A stretch of 63,995 nucleotides of DNA, counting the filler, from Basidiobolus ranarum (Eukaryota), in NCBI GenBank assembly GCA_040143965.1. It is 3 parts of 3 records of this genome, joined end to end, with 100 filler letters (N's around TTAATTAATTAA, not from the genome) between each part and the next. Parts side by side here need not be neighbours in the genome. Positions count along the whole stretch, not along the records: positions 1 to 23,435 come from JASJQH010007041.1; 2 more parts are not named here. The stretch is one strand, 5' to 3'. A program made the position numbers and the translations under genes. This document shows, one piece after another, positions 1-13,810 of this stretch. How positions within the stretch are numbered: the first letter of the stretch is position 1; each line of letters opens with the position of its first letter. The notes beneath the pieces were generated by a model. The model worked only from the letters and a program-made list of their open reading frames with translations. It did no database searches and was not told the DNA's origin.

Positions 1-3000
1 GAATCTTTGGTGGAAGAAGTGCCCTCATTGCTACGTTGATTCCTAGAAGGATTTAAAGTTCAGTACTTTTCTTTGGACGATTGGAGTGGTCCTAGTGAAT
101 TACATTCTAATTCGATCCTCCACTTCTCTAGCCTTTCTTTGAGTCTCCTGACGTATCTTCAACACTTGATCGGATTCTGCGTGGATCTTACGGATATTTT
201 TTCTGCCCAGGTTAGAATTCTTAAGCTCTGCTCTGTGTCGCTTTGAATTGCTGAAGAATCTTCCACGATGACTTGAGCTCTGTGCATTAGGCAGATCGGA
301 CTTTCTTTTCCTACATGATTTAACCATTAGAAAGTTCCCAACCCAGTGGAAATAATGAATGAATTACCTCATATCGCTACTTTCACTTTCATCTTCACTA
401 CCGTCACTGCTACTGCTCAAAACAATCGGATCGGATTTCTTCTCTTGATGTCTAGACATGTATACATAGCCAGGAGGAATATCATCTGGATTGTCGTACG
501 TTTCAAGCCTGTTGGAGTTATCATTAGGAAGGCTATCGATGGAACTTAATCTACTAACTGCTGATTCTGGGACATCTTCATCCTCACTCGAAGAGATGAT
601 TGATATATCCACGATCTGGCTGTTTAACCTAAGCTTTTCCAAGTTTGTCTCTCGATTATGCAGATTGTTACGGTTAAACAGGAATGCCGGTACTCCCATT
701 TTGTTGGACATGCTAGATTTGGCTGCTAGTGGTAACTTAGCTTTCATGGAGGATCGCTCTTCTATTACATTATCTATGGTCAAAGCTCCTTGACTTTCTG
801 ACGGTGAAGGTAACGCATGTCTGTTAACTGGAGTAGTGACCGAGTTGGTGGGTGCAACACGTTCGATGGAAGATTTCTCGTTGATATGTTTGCGAGGTGG
901 TGGTGTACCAGTGGATATGGAGCTATTCCCAGGTTTATTACGGGGTGGTGGTGTATTAGTAGATATTGAGCCACTTCCTGATATCCCTTGATTCTCTTTC
1001 TTCTTGCTGCTTCCTTGTTCATTTACCTGATTACTGACGACTTCAGGCTCAGATTCAAGTAGTACCCCTTCATTTGGTAAACCATTGACCTCTGTAGACT
1101 CTGACGAATTCAACATTACTGTAGGTAGATCCTCAACTATAGGCTGATTAATTGGAAATCGTTAGGGTTTAGTATGATGATACAACTTTAGTTAATGCAA
1201 AGACATACTTCCGGCCCCTTCAGTAAAGCGATCTTCCACTCCAGCACTGACATGGAATCTAAAGTGAACCCTAATTCCTCCGAGTGCTCACAACATTTGA
1301 GTACATCTTCCTCACTGTACATTCTACCATTAGCAATCTCGAAAATTTGCTTTTCTAAACGCTAATTTGTTCAAGTACGAAAGGTTAGATCTACTGAGAC
1401 ATAAAAAGATTTCCAATTCGATTGATATATGGATGTTAATCTCTCTCACCTCCTTCAAAGATCTCAATGCCACCTCTTTAATGGGTAAAGTTCTCTTCTC
1501 TTTTTGATAAGTGTTTATCTTTTGAAGTTCAAATTCAGGAAGCCTGCGATGAAGATGTATATTAGTAAACAAGAAATTCCCTGGATTTCCCGACAAGTCA
1601 CTCACTTATTTTTCTTCCATTGAGCCACTCGTTGACTTATGTACTTTTGTATCGTTTGTTCTATGGATTCTTTAGACAAATTTGGGATTATACTGGGATT
1701 TCCATGGATTGTTGGGGTATCTTGAATTGGTGGTTCAATCATTACAAGTTCTACAATATCCACCACAATTAATAAACCGTCGAGTGACAAGCGATGATTT
1801 GAAAGTGCTTACTTTTCGATCGATTTTCTTTTCGTAGTTCTCTTTCAAGTTCAGAATCGAATTCGTAATCCTCCCAATCGGAATCCCCATAAAGCTATAA
1901 TAAATGAAGTAGAGTGAGTGCCAAGTACATTTCCCTACAAGTAACACTCTCCTTAAGCCAAAAGCTTACCGGTAACACGTCTTCTTCCTCACTCATATTA
2001 TGAACTCCATTGTTCGTTTCATTCGATACCTCTGTCATCGGTACTGAAGCAACTGCCTTGAACTTTGACATTACATCCTCGCCCGACCTGATTAGATCAT
2101 CCACATACGCTAAACGAGCTGATTAAAAAAGAACCACGTTAACTAGGTTAAACGGTAACAATGAGATTCAAAAGAAACGTACTATTGACTCCTTGGGCGT
2201 CAATACGAAATAATCTAACTGGGACTTGAGGGCTCTTGGAAAGTTGATAAGCCGTAGTAATCTCATCATTATCGAATAAGGTCATTTCACGAAGTAAGCG
2301 TTTTAAGCGTCGCTAATTAGACAACATCCATTGAAAGTTAGATTTTCATGGTTATTTAAGAATTCTTATTTCGTTTTACCTGGGCAATACTTGCTTCTCC
2401 AAGAAATTTTCGTGAACCTAAAAGAATGAAAGGATACAGTTAAAATGTGATTTCCAATATGGAGTATATTGGTAAATACCTTTCTTTCTTTTATAGACAA
2501 ATTCCACTTCCGTTTCCGTATCCTCAATACTCAGAAAAGTGGCATCACCAGCACGTCGCAACTGTAAAGGTGTGAAAAATAGATGTTCTTCTTTCAATGG
2601 ATGAAGAGGCAATCTTGGTGACTGTGATTTAGTATTGGACACTATTGAAGTCCGTTTGACTTTACTTTTGGTGGGTTTGCTAAGTTGTCCGGATATGGAG
2701 GGATCACCTAACTTGTGTGAAATCTCCATTGGTAATTCATCATCTTCATTCGTAGTTTCGCTTTCAAGTGATAATTGCGCTACAGCAACTGTCGTCTCAG
2801 GTATCTCGGTAACGTTAGGTGAATTTGTTGATATATCCGATAACGAGCGTATTTTTGGGCTTTCGCGTGGCAAACTAGAGTCACACCCTTCCTCTACATC
2901 TAGGGAATTAAATGATGGAGAGTTGACTGAAGTGAGTGTAGGAGGGGATTGATCTGAAGGGGAAATATTGTGTACGGCTTTTACAATGTTCGATCTTTTC

Positions 3001-3797
3001 AAGTGTTTGAGAGGTTTAGTGAATGCATCCTCTAGTGAAGCCTTCTTGGAATCCATCAGATTATCGAATATGTCAAGTCTTTGAATCTCATCATTCTCTT
3101 CAAAATAAGTTCCAAGTCCCGTATTTTCTGGATGTATAGTTTGAGTGGTAAATAGGTTACTAGGTTGTGAGGGTGAATGGCTCAATATACTTGAGGGTGA
3201 ATTGAAAGAGCTTTGTTGAGTTGAGTGGTTGATTTTTATATCTTCTCCAAGTGTATCTAATTAAAATATTATTTAGAAGACCGAACAAAGTAAAATATTC
3301 AACAAAAATATATAAAAAGTGTGACGAAAAGGGTTTTAGTAACAAGTAATAAGAAACAAAGAGAAAGAACTTCCTCTTACTAAACTTTTCTCTATCCATT
3401 CATGGATAAAGTTACGTTTGGAAGTTCTCCCTTTAACAAAGAAATAGAAACTCACTTGTTCTTCCATTCTTTAGTGACTCAATAGCATTCAATATTTTAC
3501 ACCGTTTCCCAAAGGATTTTATTTCCAATTCAGTTTTAAGTACCACGTCGTCAACGTTATGAAGTAAAATACTTCCATCAACGTCGTTATCTATTGAAAA
3601 GAAGGTCGGGTCAATTCCAGGTTTTCGTGTACACTTGACATTCAAACCAGTGTAACCAATTACAAGAAGAAAAATTGGAATATCTCTTTACCTAAAAACT
3701 GTTCAGCTATCTTTTCACTATTTACAAGAGAGGCTATCCACGAAGAAACCTCAGTCACTGACCAGCTCTGAGGATCGGAACCCAGAAGGTTACTCAT
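1..3797 (-). CDS. 5' part of a multi-exon gene: N-terminal SAM domain plus long low-complexity region; probably the fungal SAM-containing ATRX/RAD54L2-like SNF2 ATPase (helicase domain would lie left of the window)
   Basis: ATG at 3797 gives MSNLLGSDPQSWSVTEVSSWIASL..EQFL; GT-AG intron 3691-3591; then DNDVDGSILLHNVDDVVLKTELEIKSFGKRCKILNAIESLK, a typical SAM domain. Downstream ORF pieces (2418-3185, 1602-2104, 1330-1605, 364-1116, 100-327) are on the same strand and flanked by splice-like signals. IQKYISQRVAQWKKNK/LPEFE and RKIHAESDQVLKIRQETQRK resemble, from memory, N-terminal segments of fungal SAM-SNF2 proteins. The SNF2 assignment is inference. Confidence 0.6.
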
Positions 3798-4434
3798 GCT
3801 GGGATATTTCAAAGGTATGTACTCAAAACTACGAGATTTACTCTAAAGGAAAATGTCAACAAAAATAGTAGAAGTAACGTTTACTATTACTATCCAACAA
3901 GAATAGTAAAGGAAGGCGAAAAAGAATCGGATTTAGAATAAATAATGGAATTTTAATGATTACAATAACACCAAGACTTCGATTAAATCACATTATGGAA
4001 AGTATATCTGATGATGTTAGAAAATTCTCTTGAAGTGAATCAATGCTAGCTTTTTGATTGGTGGTCTCGACATATCTGTTTGTCAATGAAAGATGATCAT
4101 TGTTTAGCCCGCGAAATAAAGCGAAATATTGGATTGATGTATACTTTGATACGATGAAAGAATAGAGTTCGGTGGTTTACTAAAGAAATGCTACCTTGAA
4201 AAGAATCTTTATAAACAAATTACATGCAAATGTCACCAAAAGTAAAACTATGTCAATAAAAAGAAATGTCAAATCAAAAACCACTATATAATGTTGGACC
4301 AAACGAAACAGATGCAAAAGTATATGATGTATATAAAGTGCTTTCGAAAACACAAGAATAACCGACGATGTAAAGCGTAGGGATGGATGGTGCGGTGGGC
4401 AGTCGGTATTTGCGTGACTGGAGTGCTTCTACTA

Positions 4435-6790
4435 CTACTGCTTATCCGCCAGATACACCTCCATCTCTCTAGCATACCTAGCTTTATCTTCGCTGGCTTT
4501 TTGCTCCCAAGGAACTCTTTCTTCAGGGGTCATTGAGTTCCATTGATGGGCAATAATTTTGCTGATGGGCCCCACAGTGCTACCAGGATATTGCTCAGCT
4601 ACCTGTGGACGGACGGCAGAGAGATAAAACAAAAACCCAGACATTGGATGTTTGGGAGCTGTGGGATTCTTCTGCTTCTTCTTTTTACGCCCTCTAGGGT
4701 CTCGTGTGGGGGTAGAATCTTCCTCCTCATCCAAACCTCGCTTTCGTCCAGCTTCAATCTCAGCCTTGGACCGGCGAGTATATACAAAGTCAGGGTTGGT
4801 AGACAAGAAATCTTTCTTCAGACTTTGTGCCTCCGTAAAGTATTTATTACGTTCATCCTACAAAGAAAAATCAGTCGACTGAAGAATAATCCATCAAATG
4901 CTACTTCTTACCTCACTCAAGCTCTTCCATCGATCACCAATTTCCTTACTGATTTCAGCAACACTCATGTTAGGGTTGGTTTCGAGCAGTCTATGACGCA
5001 TCTCCTTGTTGAAGATCAAATAAGCATTCATAGGTCTTTTCAGCTTTGATGAACTATCATCGCCAGCTGAGCGACGACGATACTTCTTTTTGGTATTGTT
5101 AGGTCGACGGGTATAGACATAATCTGGATTTGTTTCTAAAAATTCGGTCTTCAGGGTACGAGCACGCTCGACGTATTCTAATTTACGAGACTCGTCCATC
5201 TTGGCCCACTCATCTCCCAATATCTTGCTTTGAGCGGCGGTGGTCATAGTTGGATCAGCCTGTTGAAGTTGAGGCCTGCGTTCACTAGCATAAATCAAAA
5301 AGGCATTCATTGGTCGCTTGAGCTTCTGACCAGACGGCGTTGTATTGGGTGGAGTCATCTTTAGGTTTTTCGATTTTGACTTTGGTGTTTTGGGTGATCT
5401 AGGCTTTATAGACGTGTTTTGAGTTCCGCTTCTAAATTGGGTGGATGGTGACGATAGTATCTCGCTTTCATGTATATTTTCCGGTTGGATGAGCTCCTTA
5501 GGCTTTATATTGGATGGACTACTTGCCATTTGAGATACAGAGGTTTGAGCGGACGCCAAGGCTCCGATTCCAGGGAACTGGGATTGAGAAAGTGTGGAAT
5601 GCTGGATGGAAGCCAAAGGTTGTGTGTGTTTCTCCATTCCTTGATCCATGTTCTGACCGAGGTTGTGAGGAACTCCATGGCCAATATTCTGGTTCATCCC
5701 AGGATTCAAGTTGTGGTTATTAGCATTTTGATTCACACCTGAGATACAGCAAAATGGGTTAAATTTGGGGGGGGGGTAATTTTCAAAACAAAAACAAACT
5801 AAACAAACCTGCTCCGTAACCAGTATCGATACTGTGGTCAACTTGAAGGTGGCTTTCATTAGCTACGCTATTAGCATTTCCTCCAAGGCCATGACCATTA
5901 TTATTATGATTAGTGCTATTATGACTATTATACTGAAACTCCGAATCAGCTTTTGGCTTGAGTTCCTGATTTGACTTTTGGAGACTTGGTTAGGTAGGAG
6001 CAAACAAGCATTGGTATAACCATCAAATCTTACGTTTTCACTATCAACATATTGACTCAAAGCATTCCGACCGAAGCTATCCATTCCACCAAGCTGGTTG
6101 GTATACCCTTGATTAGAATAGCCCATTCCATTAGTTAAACTTGAGGGATCAATTCCACCCATCATACTTGTATTTCCCGAGTACCTCCGGATGAATGAAG
6201 TGTCTGGTGATTGTGGTGCCATATGTGCGACAGACATTGCTTGAGATTGACCATTGGAAGAGGCAGGTGCTTGCTGATAGTTGGAATATGTTTGTTGAGA
6301 CGTAGACGCTATATAAAAGAATCCATTAAAGCTTAGCAAAAATCACCAAGTATGAATAGAGCACCAAAGCAAACTAACCTAAAGGTCCTTGATTAAAATA
6401 AGGAAGTTGTGCGTCATTGTTGTGCATCATTCGAAGTGTCTGAGGAGGATAGCCAGAAGAAGGCGGTGTGATACCTTGCATAGAAGATAGGCCAGGGTGT
6501 CCTCCATTATGTAAAAGAGAATTCTGAAGATTTGGTGATCCATCAGAATTATCCTGCTGAAATATTGAGTTGTTGTTTTTCCAAGGATCTGAAGGGTTTA
6601 AATAACCCCGACTATCAAACCCAGATGGATCAAACTGACGAGTATTGTATGGCCCTAAAGAACCTAACGGAGCAAAAGTGTTCACTGGGTTCAAGCCTTG
6701 CCCTAAATTTGGATTTAGCCCTTGGCTCTGTCTTCGATTTGGAAACATCATGTTATTCCCTGGATTGTGTTGGTTCTGGTGGAAAGCCAT
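4435..6790 (-). CDS. Transcription factor with three HMG boxes and an N/Q/G/M-rich low-complexity N-terminus
   Basis: Box 1 KLKRPMNAFLIYASERRPQL..ILGDEWAKM..NPDYVYTRR; box 2 KLKRPMNAYLIFNKEMR..EISKEIGDRWKSLSE|DER..NPDFVYTRR; box 3 APKHPMSGFLFYLSAVRPQV..ISKIIAHQWNSMTPEERVPWEQKASEDKARY. Introns at about 6378-6310, 6033-5975, about 5808-5739 and 4911-4858. Ends TAG TAG TAG (4437-4429). Confidence 0.9.
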
Positions 6791-8910
6791 ATTATCTGAG
6801 AGGGTGTGTTGTCACTTCTACGTTCAGTTTATTTCCAACTGAAAAATATATGACCAATGTTGAAGTTATTGTGGCTGTGACTTCCTAGTTCAAGTGAAAG
6901 AACAGAGAACATGGTTAAACTGAGGACTTGAAAGAGGGGAATGTAGTTGGTTCAAGATATAATATAGTATAGTTTTAGCTAAACAACAAGGTAAGCAAGA
7001 GAATAGATGAAAATTTGTTAGGGTATGAATATTGGAGGGGTAGTGATATACGATATTAAGCATAAATTAAAATAGAAGACGAAATAAGAAGCAATGGAAT
7101 ACTTACTTTAGTACGTAAAATGGGCGATATAATAAATGTATGAATAAAATAAGCTAATATGGATGGCAATAAGTAAGGGATCCGGTATTGTAATAAATAT
7201 ATATATCTATCTACCCTCGTATAAATATAGTACGTTAACTACTTTCAAAAGCCTATTAAGAGAATGGTGAAAGGGAAAGGAGGGGAATAATAAGATTGGT
7301 AATTGAATGAAAAGAATAGAAGTGGAAGACTATTTTGTTGATGATGCGTGGTCAATATAAACTAATCTCAACTGAGTCCTCCTTCTATAAATGTCTGATC
7401 ATTTATTTAAATATACACTATTTCTATTTCCTTATTATATTTCTTGCTGAAACGGGCTAAATTACTGTATGATTACTCATTAAATTTTATACAGATCTCG
7501 GAGATTGCTCGAGATCGATTCAAGTATATTTTCTCACAGACACTGAAACCATGTATGCATTTGACCTAATAAAGCCCCATAGAACAAATTACGAATGATA
7601 GAGATATATAGATTGGGCTACCCCCAAATAAGTGTCAATTTAAATATGAAGACAATGTGCGTGCCCAAATCAAGATGGCAGACAGAGTGAGACGGGTGAA
7701 TGTAATGTATATATAGGAGAGGAGATGATTCTGTCCTGACGAATAATATATCATTCACGGAACTCACCCTTGGACTATAGGGTGCTTGAGTATTCCCCCG
7801 GTGTCTCCTTAGGAGTCATTCTAACCTTACTCCCCTGCTTCACCAATGGATAGGAATCTGAGTTATGGCAATCTTTGTCCATCAACGCGTCCGTAAAAAA
7901 GGCGTAACGAAGCACTCACGTTATATACATATATCCCCACTTGGTATGACTACAAATGCCACGAAGGTTTGCAATAATAGCCGAATAAGATACCCAAGCA
8001 GTGTCAAGAGCGTGAGGGGCAGGTTGGACACGATCGCGTTGTTAAGCCAATTTATAGTAATTTCGAGTTTACTGAGGTGGATCCCACTGTAACCAACAGA
8101 CGAGTGCTTATACTGTGATACCACACTCCTTGGTGGCTTCGCATGGCATGAATAAGGATCAATATATTCTATATATACATTCGACAAGCTTACAGATAAA
8201 AATGGCAACGTGATTCCCTTACTGGCTTCATACTCCATTGCATCCTAATTCAGGAAACCTAACCCTAAGTCAAATACGGCTATCTTAAAATGGGTTGCAC
8301 GAGCTTTATCTCGTATTACTTACAAAGCTGCGCCTTAAAGGTCAGTGTGAAGTGTTCGATATCACGTTATGAGACTTTATCAATCGGTTTGGGCTATACT
8401 AAAGGCTCTACTAAAAACCGGTATGCTCACCGGGCTGATCCAATTATCATTTCCGTTCAAAATCATTTCACAGGGGATCTGTTTATGACTAATAGTCTCT
8501 ATTTGATTATACTATCTAGGATGCTATCGGTGTACAACGCTTTGGTGTACAGTACTTGGACAGAATCTCCGCCCCCACCTCCACCTCACCCTCACTCATT
8601 GATCGAGAAAACCTTTAGGCTACAGAACCAATCTATCACTACTTAACGAGCTCAAGTAAATCTCTCATCGACGATCCTATCATGTATGAAACGATCCATA
8701 AGTCAAGCGTGGACAAATATCCTGTGGTTTTGGCGTGTTGGCCTTGGTAACAAACTATAGTTACACTTGATTACATATAATAGTTGGCTTGTTTCACCAA
8801 CAAATTAGAGCTGTTACTTTGATGATGATTTATTATCAAATTTTCTATGAACATAATAAAAAGAATGAGGAGTTGTTGACATGAATCTAGTGAATGATGA
8901 AAAGATATCT

Positions 8911-11900
8911 TCAATCCGACTTCACTTTGGTTGGTGGTGCGACATAGTTTCTAGAAACATATTTCAATACTTCATCAATGATGATCACTGGGAAGGAGAT
9001 CCAGAGAACAGCCCACCATTCCTCAAGGTTGAGGGGAGTAATGGAGAATAGAGAAGTAAAGAAAGGCACATAGAGGATGACAAAGTGAAGAATCATAGAA
9101 AGAATAATGGCGAAAACGAGGTACATATTGGTCCAAAGAGGTAGTGTCAATAGAGACTCATTCTCACTCAAGGAATTCATGGCATTGAACATTTCAATGG
9201 TAACCAAGATGGACAAGGACATGGTAGTAGCACGGTGTGACATATTGTTAATAAACATCGAGCACCCGATTTCTGGGAACAACTCGGAGCATTTGTGGAA
9301 GTTACTGAGTTCATAGAAGGTGATCTGTGGCCCACCTTGATAAAACATGAACCACCAAGCATAACCAAATACTGTGGCACAACCGACATATACACCAACA
9401 ACCATGTAACGGAAGAATAACCAAGTACCAACGATGGGCTCACGAGAGCTTCTAGGAGGCTGACGCATGATATCGTGATCGGGAGGATTGAATCCAAGAG
9501 CGGTAGCGGGAAGACCATCAGTGACCAAGTTTACCCACAATAGTTGAACAGGGATAAGAGCTTCTGGCATTCCAAGAAGGACAGTCAAGAAAATACTAAC
9601 TACTTCACCAATGTTGGAACTAATCAAGTAACGAATGAACTGTTTGGTATTGTTGTAGATGGAGCGACCCTCTTCAACTGCCTTTTCAATAGTAGCAAAG
9701 TTATCATCAGCTAGGACCATGTCAGCGGCAAGCTTAGCAACATCGGTACCAGTACCCATAGCAATACCAATATCGGCCTTCTTCAGAGCAGGAGCATCGT
9801 TGACACCATCACCTGTCATGGCTACAATGTGACCACTACTTTGAAGTAAGTCAACAAGTGCTTGCTTGTGAGTGGGTTCAGTTCTTGAGAAGAGGCCAGC
9901 GCGCTCGACAGCCAACTTCTTTTGAGCAGGGGAGAGTTCATCAAATTCGCGACCAGTGTATGACTTTCCAGTCAAGTCCTCATTTTCACCAAAAATACCG
10001 ATTTGTCTACAGATGGCTTCAGCTGTATTCTTATTGTCTCCAGTAATAACAATAACTCGGATACCAGCGGTTTTACATTTCACGATTGAATCGCGAACCT
10101 CGGGTCTGGGGGGATCAATCATGGCAACAAGTCCAACAAAAGTCATGTTTTGCTCGTAGTTGATAAACTTGCTAGGGTCACGAAGATCCCAGTGTGAGCC
10201 ATCACTAGGTAAGTTGGAGATTGAGGCCAAACCAAGGCATCTTAAACTCATCTTACCACCATATTCGTTGATTTTCTTCATGATGATGTTGCGGATTTCG
10301 GGAGTAAGTTCGATCAAGGACTCAGGTGAAGATTCAGTGCGAACATGTGTACATCTCTCCAAGATTGACTCAGGAGCACCCTTAACGTAGAGAGATCCAT
10401 CCTTACCGGTGCTGGATCTAGTAGCGGGGCGGTGAGTATTGTTACGAGCAACGAGAACAGACATGGATTTACGATCACGAGAAAATTCAAAGGTGGCAAC
10501 TCTATTTGCTTGTTCCTCGATGTAGGTATTGCATGCGTTAACACGTTCTACTTTAGACATTTTGGACAACTTTTGATTGAAGCTTGCATCTTTGGTACCT
10601 AATTTCTCCACAAGAACCTTCAGAGCGGCCTCAGTGGGCTCACCTACATTGGTATAGTGATCATTGATGGGGTCATAGGCGATACGGGAATCATTGCAGA
10701 GAGCACAAATTTCAGATAGCTCCTGGATAACAGGTGATGTGACAGTTATGTCCTTGATGACTTTACCACTGGAGGTCTTTATATCACCAACGGGAGCATA
10801 ACTAGTACCGTCAACGTGGTATTCAGATAATCCACCAGAGGGATTGGCGACAGTGAGAACTCTTTGAATGGACATTTGATTGGTGGTCAATGTTCCGGTC
10901 TTATCCGAGCAAATTACACTAGTACATCCTAGAGTTTCAACCGAAGGCAGGGAACGAACAATGGCATTCTTCTGGGCCATCTTCTTAGTACCCAAGGCCA
11001 AACAAGTGGTAATTACTACAGCAAGACCTTCAGGAATTGCTGCAACAGCGAGAGCAACAGCAATCTTGAAGTAATAAATAGCTCCCTTTAACCATCCATG
11101 ATGAGAAGGATCGTTGAAGTGACGAATATTGACGACCCAAACCAAAATACAAATAACTGTGATAGCTTTGGCGAGGAAATCTCCAAAATCATCAAGCTTC
11201 TTTTTAAGGGGAGTTTTTTCGGAAATTTGGGATGTAATGCTTTGGTGAATATCACCAATGGCTGTTTGAGAACCAGTTTGAACGACTACAGCCTTAGCCT
11301 TTCCAAGAACTACGGTGGTACCGGAGAATAGGATGTTAAGTTGATCTTGCTTGACAGCTCTTTCGTCTTTGATGGCTTCAACTTGCTTATTAACGGAAAC
11401 GGATTCACCAGTGAGGATGGCTTGATCAATACGAATTGTGCTGGAAATTAGCTCGAGTACACGACAATCAGCCGGAATCTTATCACCGACAGCAATTTGA
11501 ATGATATCACCAGGAACCAATTCAATTGCGTTGATTTTAGATATCTCTCCATCGCGTAAAACTTTGGCTTCATCAGGGGAATACTCCTTCAAAGCCTCAA
11601 TGGCCTTCTCGGCGTTACTCTCTTGAATGACACCGACAGTAGCGTTGGCAATAAGAATAAGAAGGATAACGATTGGCTCCACATAGGCGGTGGCGGCATC
11701 TTCCTTACTCTCTTCCAGGAATGCAAGGACGAAAGAGATCGCGGCAGCAAAGAGAAGGATAATGACTAACTGATCTTTAAACTGCTCTAAAATAAGCTCC
11801 CACAGAGGAGTAGATTCTTCTTCGGGAAGTTCGTTCTTTCCGAATTTCTTCTGGTTAGAAGCTACCTGGTCTTTGGTCAAACCTTTATTAGGTTGAACAT

Positions 11901-11949
11901 TAAAAGCCTCAAGGACCTGTTGAGGTGTCTTTACAAAACTATCGTCCAT
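8911..11949 (-). CDS. SERCA-type (P2A) ER Ca2+-ATPase, intronless
   Basis: Single ORF of about 1012 aa from ATG 11949 with LTGES, AIPEGL, CSDKTGT phosphorylation site, [29 protein letters not shown] and [11 protein letters not shown]. The transmembrane Ca-binding signature is SERCA type. Confidence 0.97.
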   Translation of the reverse strand: MDDSFVKTPQQVLEAFNVQPNKGLTKDQVASNQKKFGKNELPEEESTPLWELILEQFKDQLVIILLFAAAISFVLAFLEESKEDAATAYVEPIVILLILIANATVGVIQESNAEKAIEALKEYSPDEAKVLRDGEISKINAIELVPGDIIQIAVGDKIPADCRVLELISSTIRIDQAILTGESVSVNKQVEAIKDERAVKQDQLNILFSGTTVVLGKAKAVVVQTGSQTAIGDIHQSITSQISEKTPLKKKLDDFGDFLAKAITVICILVWVVNIRHFNDPSHHGWLKGAIYYFKIAVALAVAAIPEGLAVVITTCLALGTKKMAQKNAIVRSLPSVETLGCTSVICSDKTGTLTTNQMSIQRVLTVANPSGGLSEYHVDGTSYAPVGDIKTSSGKVIKDITVTSPVIQELSEICALCNDSRIAYDPINDHYTNVGEPTEAALKVLVEKLGTKDASFNQKLSKMSKVERVNACNTYIEEQANRVATFEFSRDRKSMSVLVARNNTHRPATRSSTGKDGSLYVKGAPESILERCTHVRTESSPESLIELTPEIRNIIMKKINEYGGKMSLRCLGLASISNLPSDGSHWDLRDPSKFINYEQNMTFVGLVAMIDPPRPEVRDSIVKCKTAGIRVIVITGDNKNTAEAICRQIGIFGENEDLTGKSYTGREFDELSPAQKKLAVERAGLFSRTEPTHKQALVDLLQSSGHIVAMTGDGVNDAPALKKADIGIAMGTGTDVAKLAADMVLADDNFATIEKAVEEGRSIYNNTKQFIRYLISSNIGEVVSIFLTVLLGMPEALIPVQLLWVNLVTDGLPATALGFNPPDHDIMRQPPRSSREPIVGTWLFFRYMVVGVYVGCATVFGYAWWFMFYQGGPQITFYELSNFHKCSELFPEIGCSMFINNMSHRATTMSLSILVTIEMFNAMNSLSENESLLTLPLWTNMYLVFAIILSMILHFVILYVPFFTSLFSITPLNLEEWWAVLWISFPVIIIDEVLKYVSRNYVAPPTKVKSD

Positions 11950-12579
11950 TACCAAACGAGATATAGAACTGGGTAAGGAGGGTGGTTAAAGATGAAAAGA
12001 AGGCTCAATAAGATATAATACTTGCAATGGTTCGTGTTTATTGTGAAAAAATAACAACTGATCAATATCCACCAATGCTTTTACAAAAAAATCACTTATG
12101 AGGTAAATGCTCTTGTGCTAAATCCGTATCCTTCCAATAGTAATCCCCTGAACACCCTTAGATAACCAGTCATAGCAGGCACAGATTTGCTGGACATCTT
12201 GTAGTGGCATCAATTAAGGCCAATGAAAATCCGCCATGAGTTCCATAACGTCATGATGTAGTAAATCTTCTCCAAAAATCTGAGAGTTTCTGGCCCACAA
12301 TGTGCGATAACTAAGCGATACTCATCACGATTCTAATAACTTTCACTTATTAATAATCAACATTTGTTTGTTAGGGGCTAGTCACAATCTAGAGGTAGGG
12401 CAAGACTTGGGTGGACAGTCAGATGCAGTTGCATTAGGTTTTTGAGCAGTTACCGCGTTTTCCTACTGCGAATTAATCCAAGTCGATCAATGCTTGTAGC
12501 ACAATATTTTGTACCTTGGGTTAGGGTTAAGATGAGAAGTAAAAATAGAAAGTTTAGGTGAGTAATTTGTTAGCTTAAT

Positions 12580-12701
12580 TATGCACAAAGCCTTAGATTA
12601 TGTATAGAAATCTATGTACAAAGCCTTAGATGTTTATGCACAAAACCTTAGATTAGGCATGGATGTTTATGCACAAAACCTCACTATTTACGCATAAAAC
12701 C
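12580..12701. repeat. Degenerate short tandem repeat, about 5 copies of TATGCACAAARCCTTAGAT
   Basis: Copies start near 12580, 12613, 12635, 12668 and 12689 with irregular spacing. Confidence 0.7.
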
Positions 12702-13700
12702 GGGAAAATCACTTAGTCAATACTTTTTAGCTTAAAATCACCTTTAACAGAACTTGGGTGAAACAATATAAGCGTTGACCTAAGTGTGACCAAAAAGCCT
12801 TCATTCAGTATTGTATTATGGTATGTTACATACCCCCACACAGGTGAACTAAGTTTAGCACCAATCAAAGTTCCTGGGGATAGTACGTATTCGTTAAGTG
12901 CTCGCACATAGTGAGCTCAAAGTATGATTCAAGTCTCGGCAAATCTACGGTAAATTAGGTTCAACGAATGGCCATGGATAATGCCTGTAAAGTAGTTCCG
13001 GTGATGAGAATTATCTGGAGTACATGGAAGTGTGGGTGTTCTTTTGTTTTTTAACTTTTCCATGGTTAGCCGGCATGAATTCGCTTTGATCGCGATGTTG
13101 GTATATGGTTGATGATATCCATACTTCAACTCGATTGGACAGGTAGCTAGATACAACCCACAATAACCGTAAATATATTTCTTCGTATCAGTTCCTCGCC
13201 AAGCTAGTTAGATTAAAGTGCAAGATTTGGTCGCTCGTGATCATTACTCGCAACTGATGACGATCGGGTGTACAGCAAATGTCTTATCAATGTCTCCAAA
13301 TAACTAAAAAAGAATGAAATTCAACCGAACTGTTACATTGGTGGTGACACAATATATAGTGTTCTTTGTTGAACCAAAGTGTAAAAAAATAGTTAGTTCA
13401 CGTACCTGCGAACTGCTCCTACTGCAATAACGTAAAACTTTTAGCAATTCCGAATTTTTGTTTAGTCTTTGACGTTAAAAAATTGAGCGGTTAGAAGATA
13501 ATCCTCTTGGACCTGAGTCTCTCAGTGTGCCGAAACAAGCACCAATTTTGACAGTATCGATTTTGGTTCGTGTGACAACAGTTTGATCAAACAGGTTCGC
13601 TTAATCTTAAAGTTCATTTAATTTTGTAGTTCGCAAGTGGGGTAAATATTCTCACTACATTGAAATTTGAAACACACGCTGTTCGAAAATACACACAGTT

Positions 13701-13710
13701 TTATATAAAT
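13701..13710 (+). promoter_or_regulatory. Putative TATA box of the FNT gene
   Basis: TTATATAAAT about 100 nt upstream of ATG 13811. Confidence 0.4.
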
Positions 13711-13810
13711 AGGTAGCAGATATAGCAGTAATCCAGCATCTCAACTGTACATTCATCTCATTATCTCTATTCGGCATTCTCCTGTGTTAATACATTCTCT
13801 ACCTGCATTT

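Noticed and set aside
7865-8646. Several 75-118 aa intergenic ORFs, and antisense ORFs overlapping real genes throughout the window
   Set aside because: No recognisable motifs or splice structure; consistent with random or shadow ORFs.
12220-12238. ERSE-like CCAAT-N9-CCATG upstream of SERCA
   Set aside because: One mismatch in the CCACG half-site, and ATF6-type regulation is not established in fungi; cannot be separated from chance.
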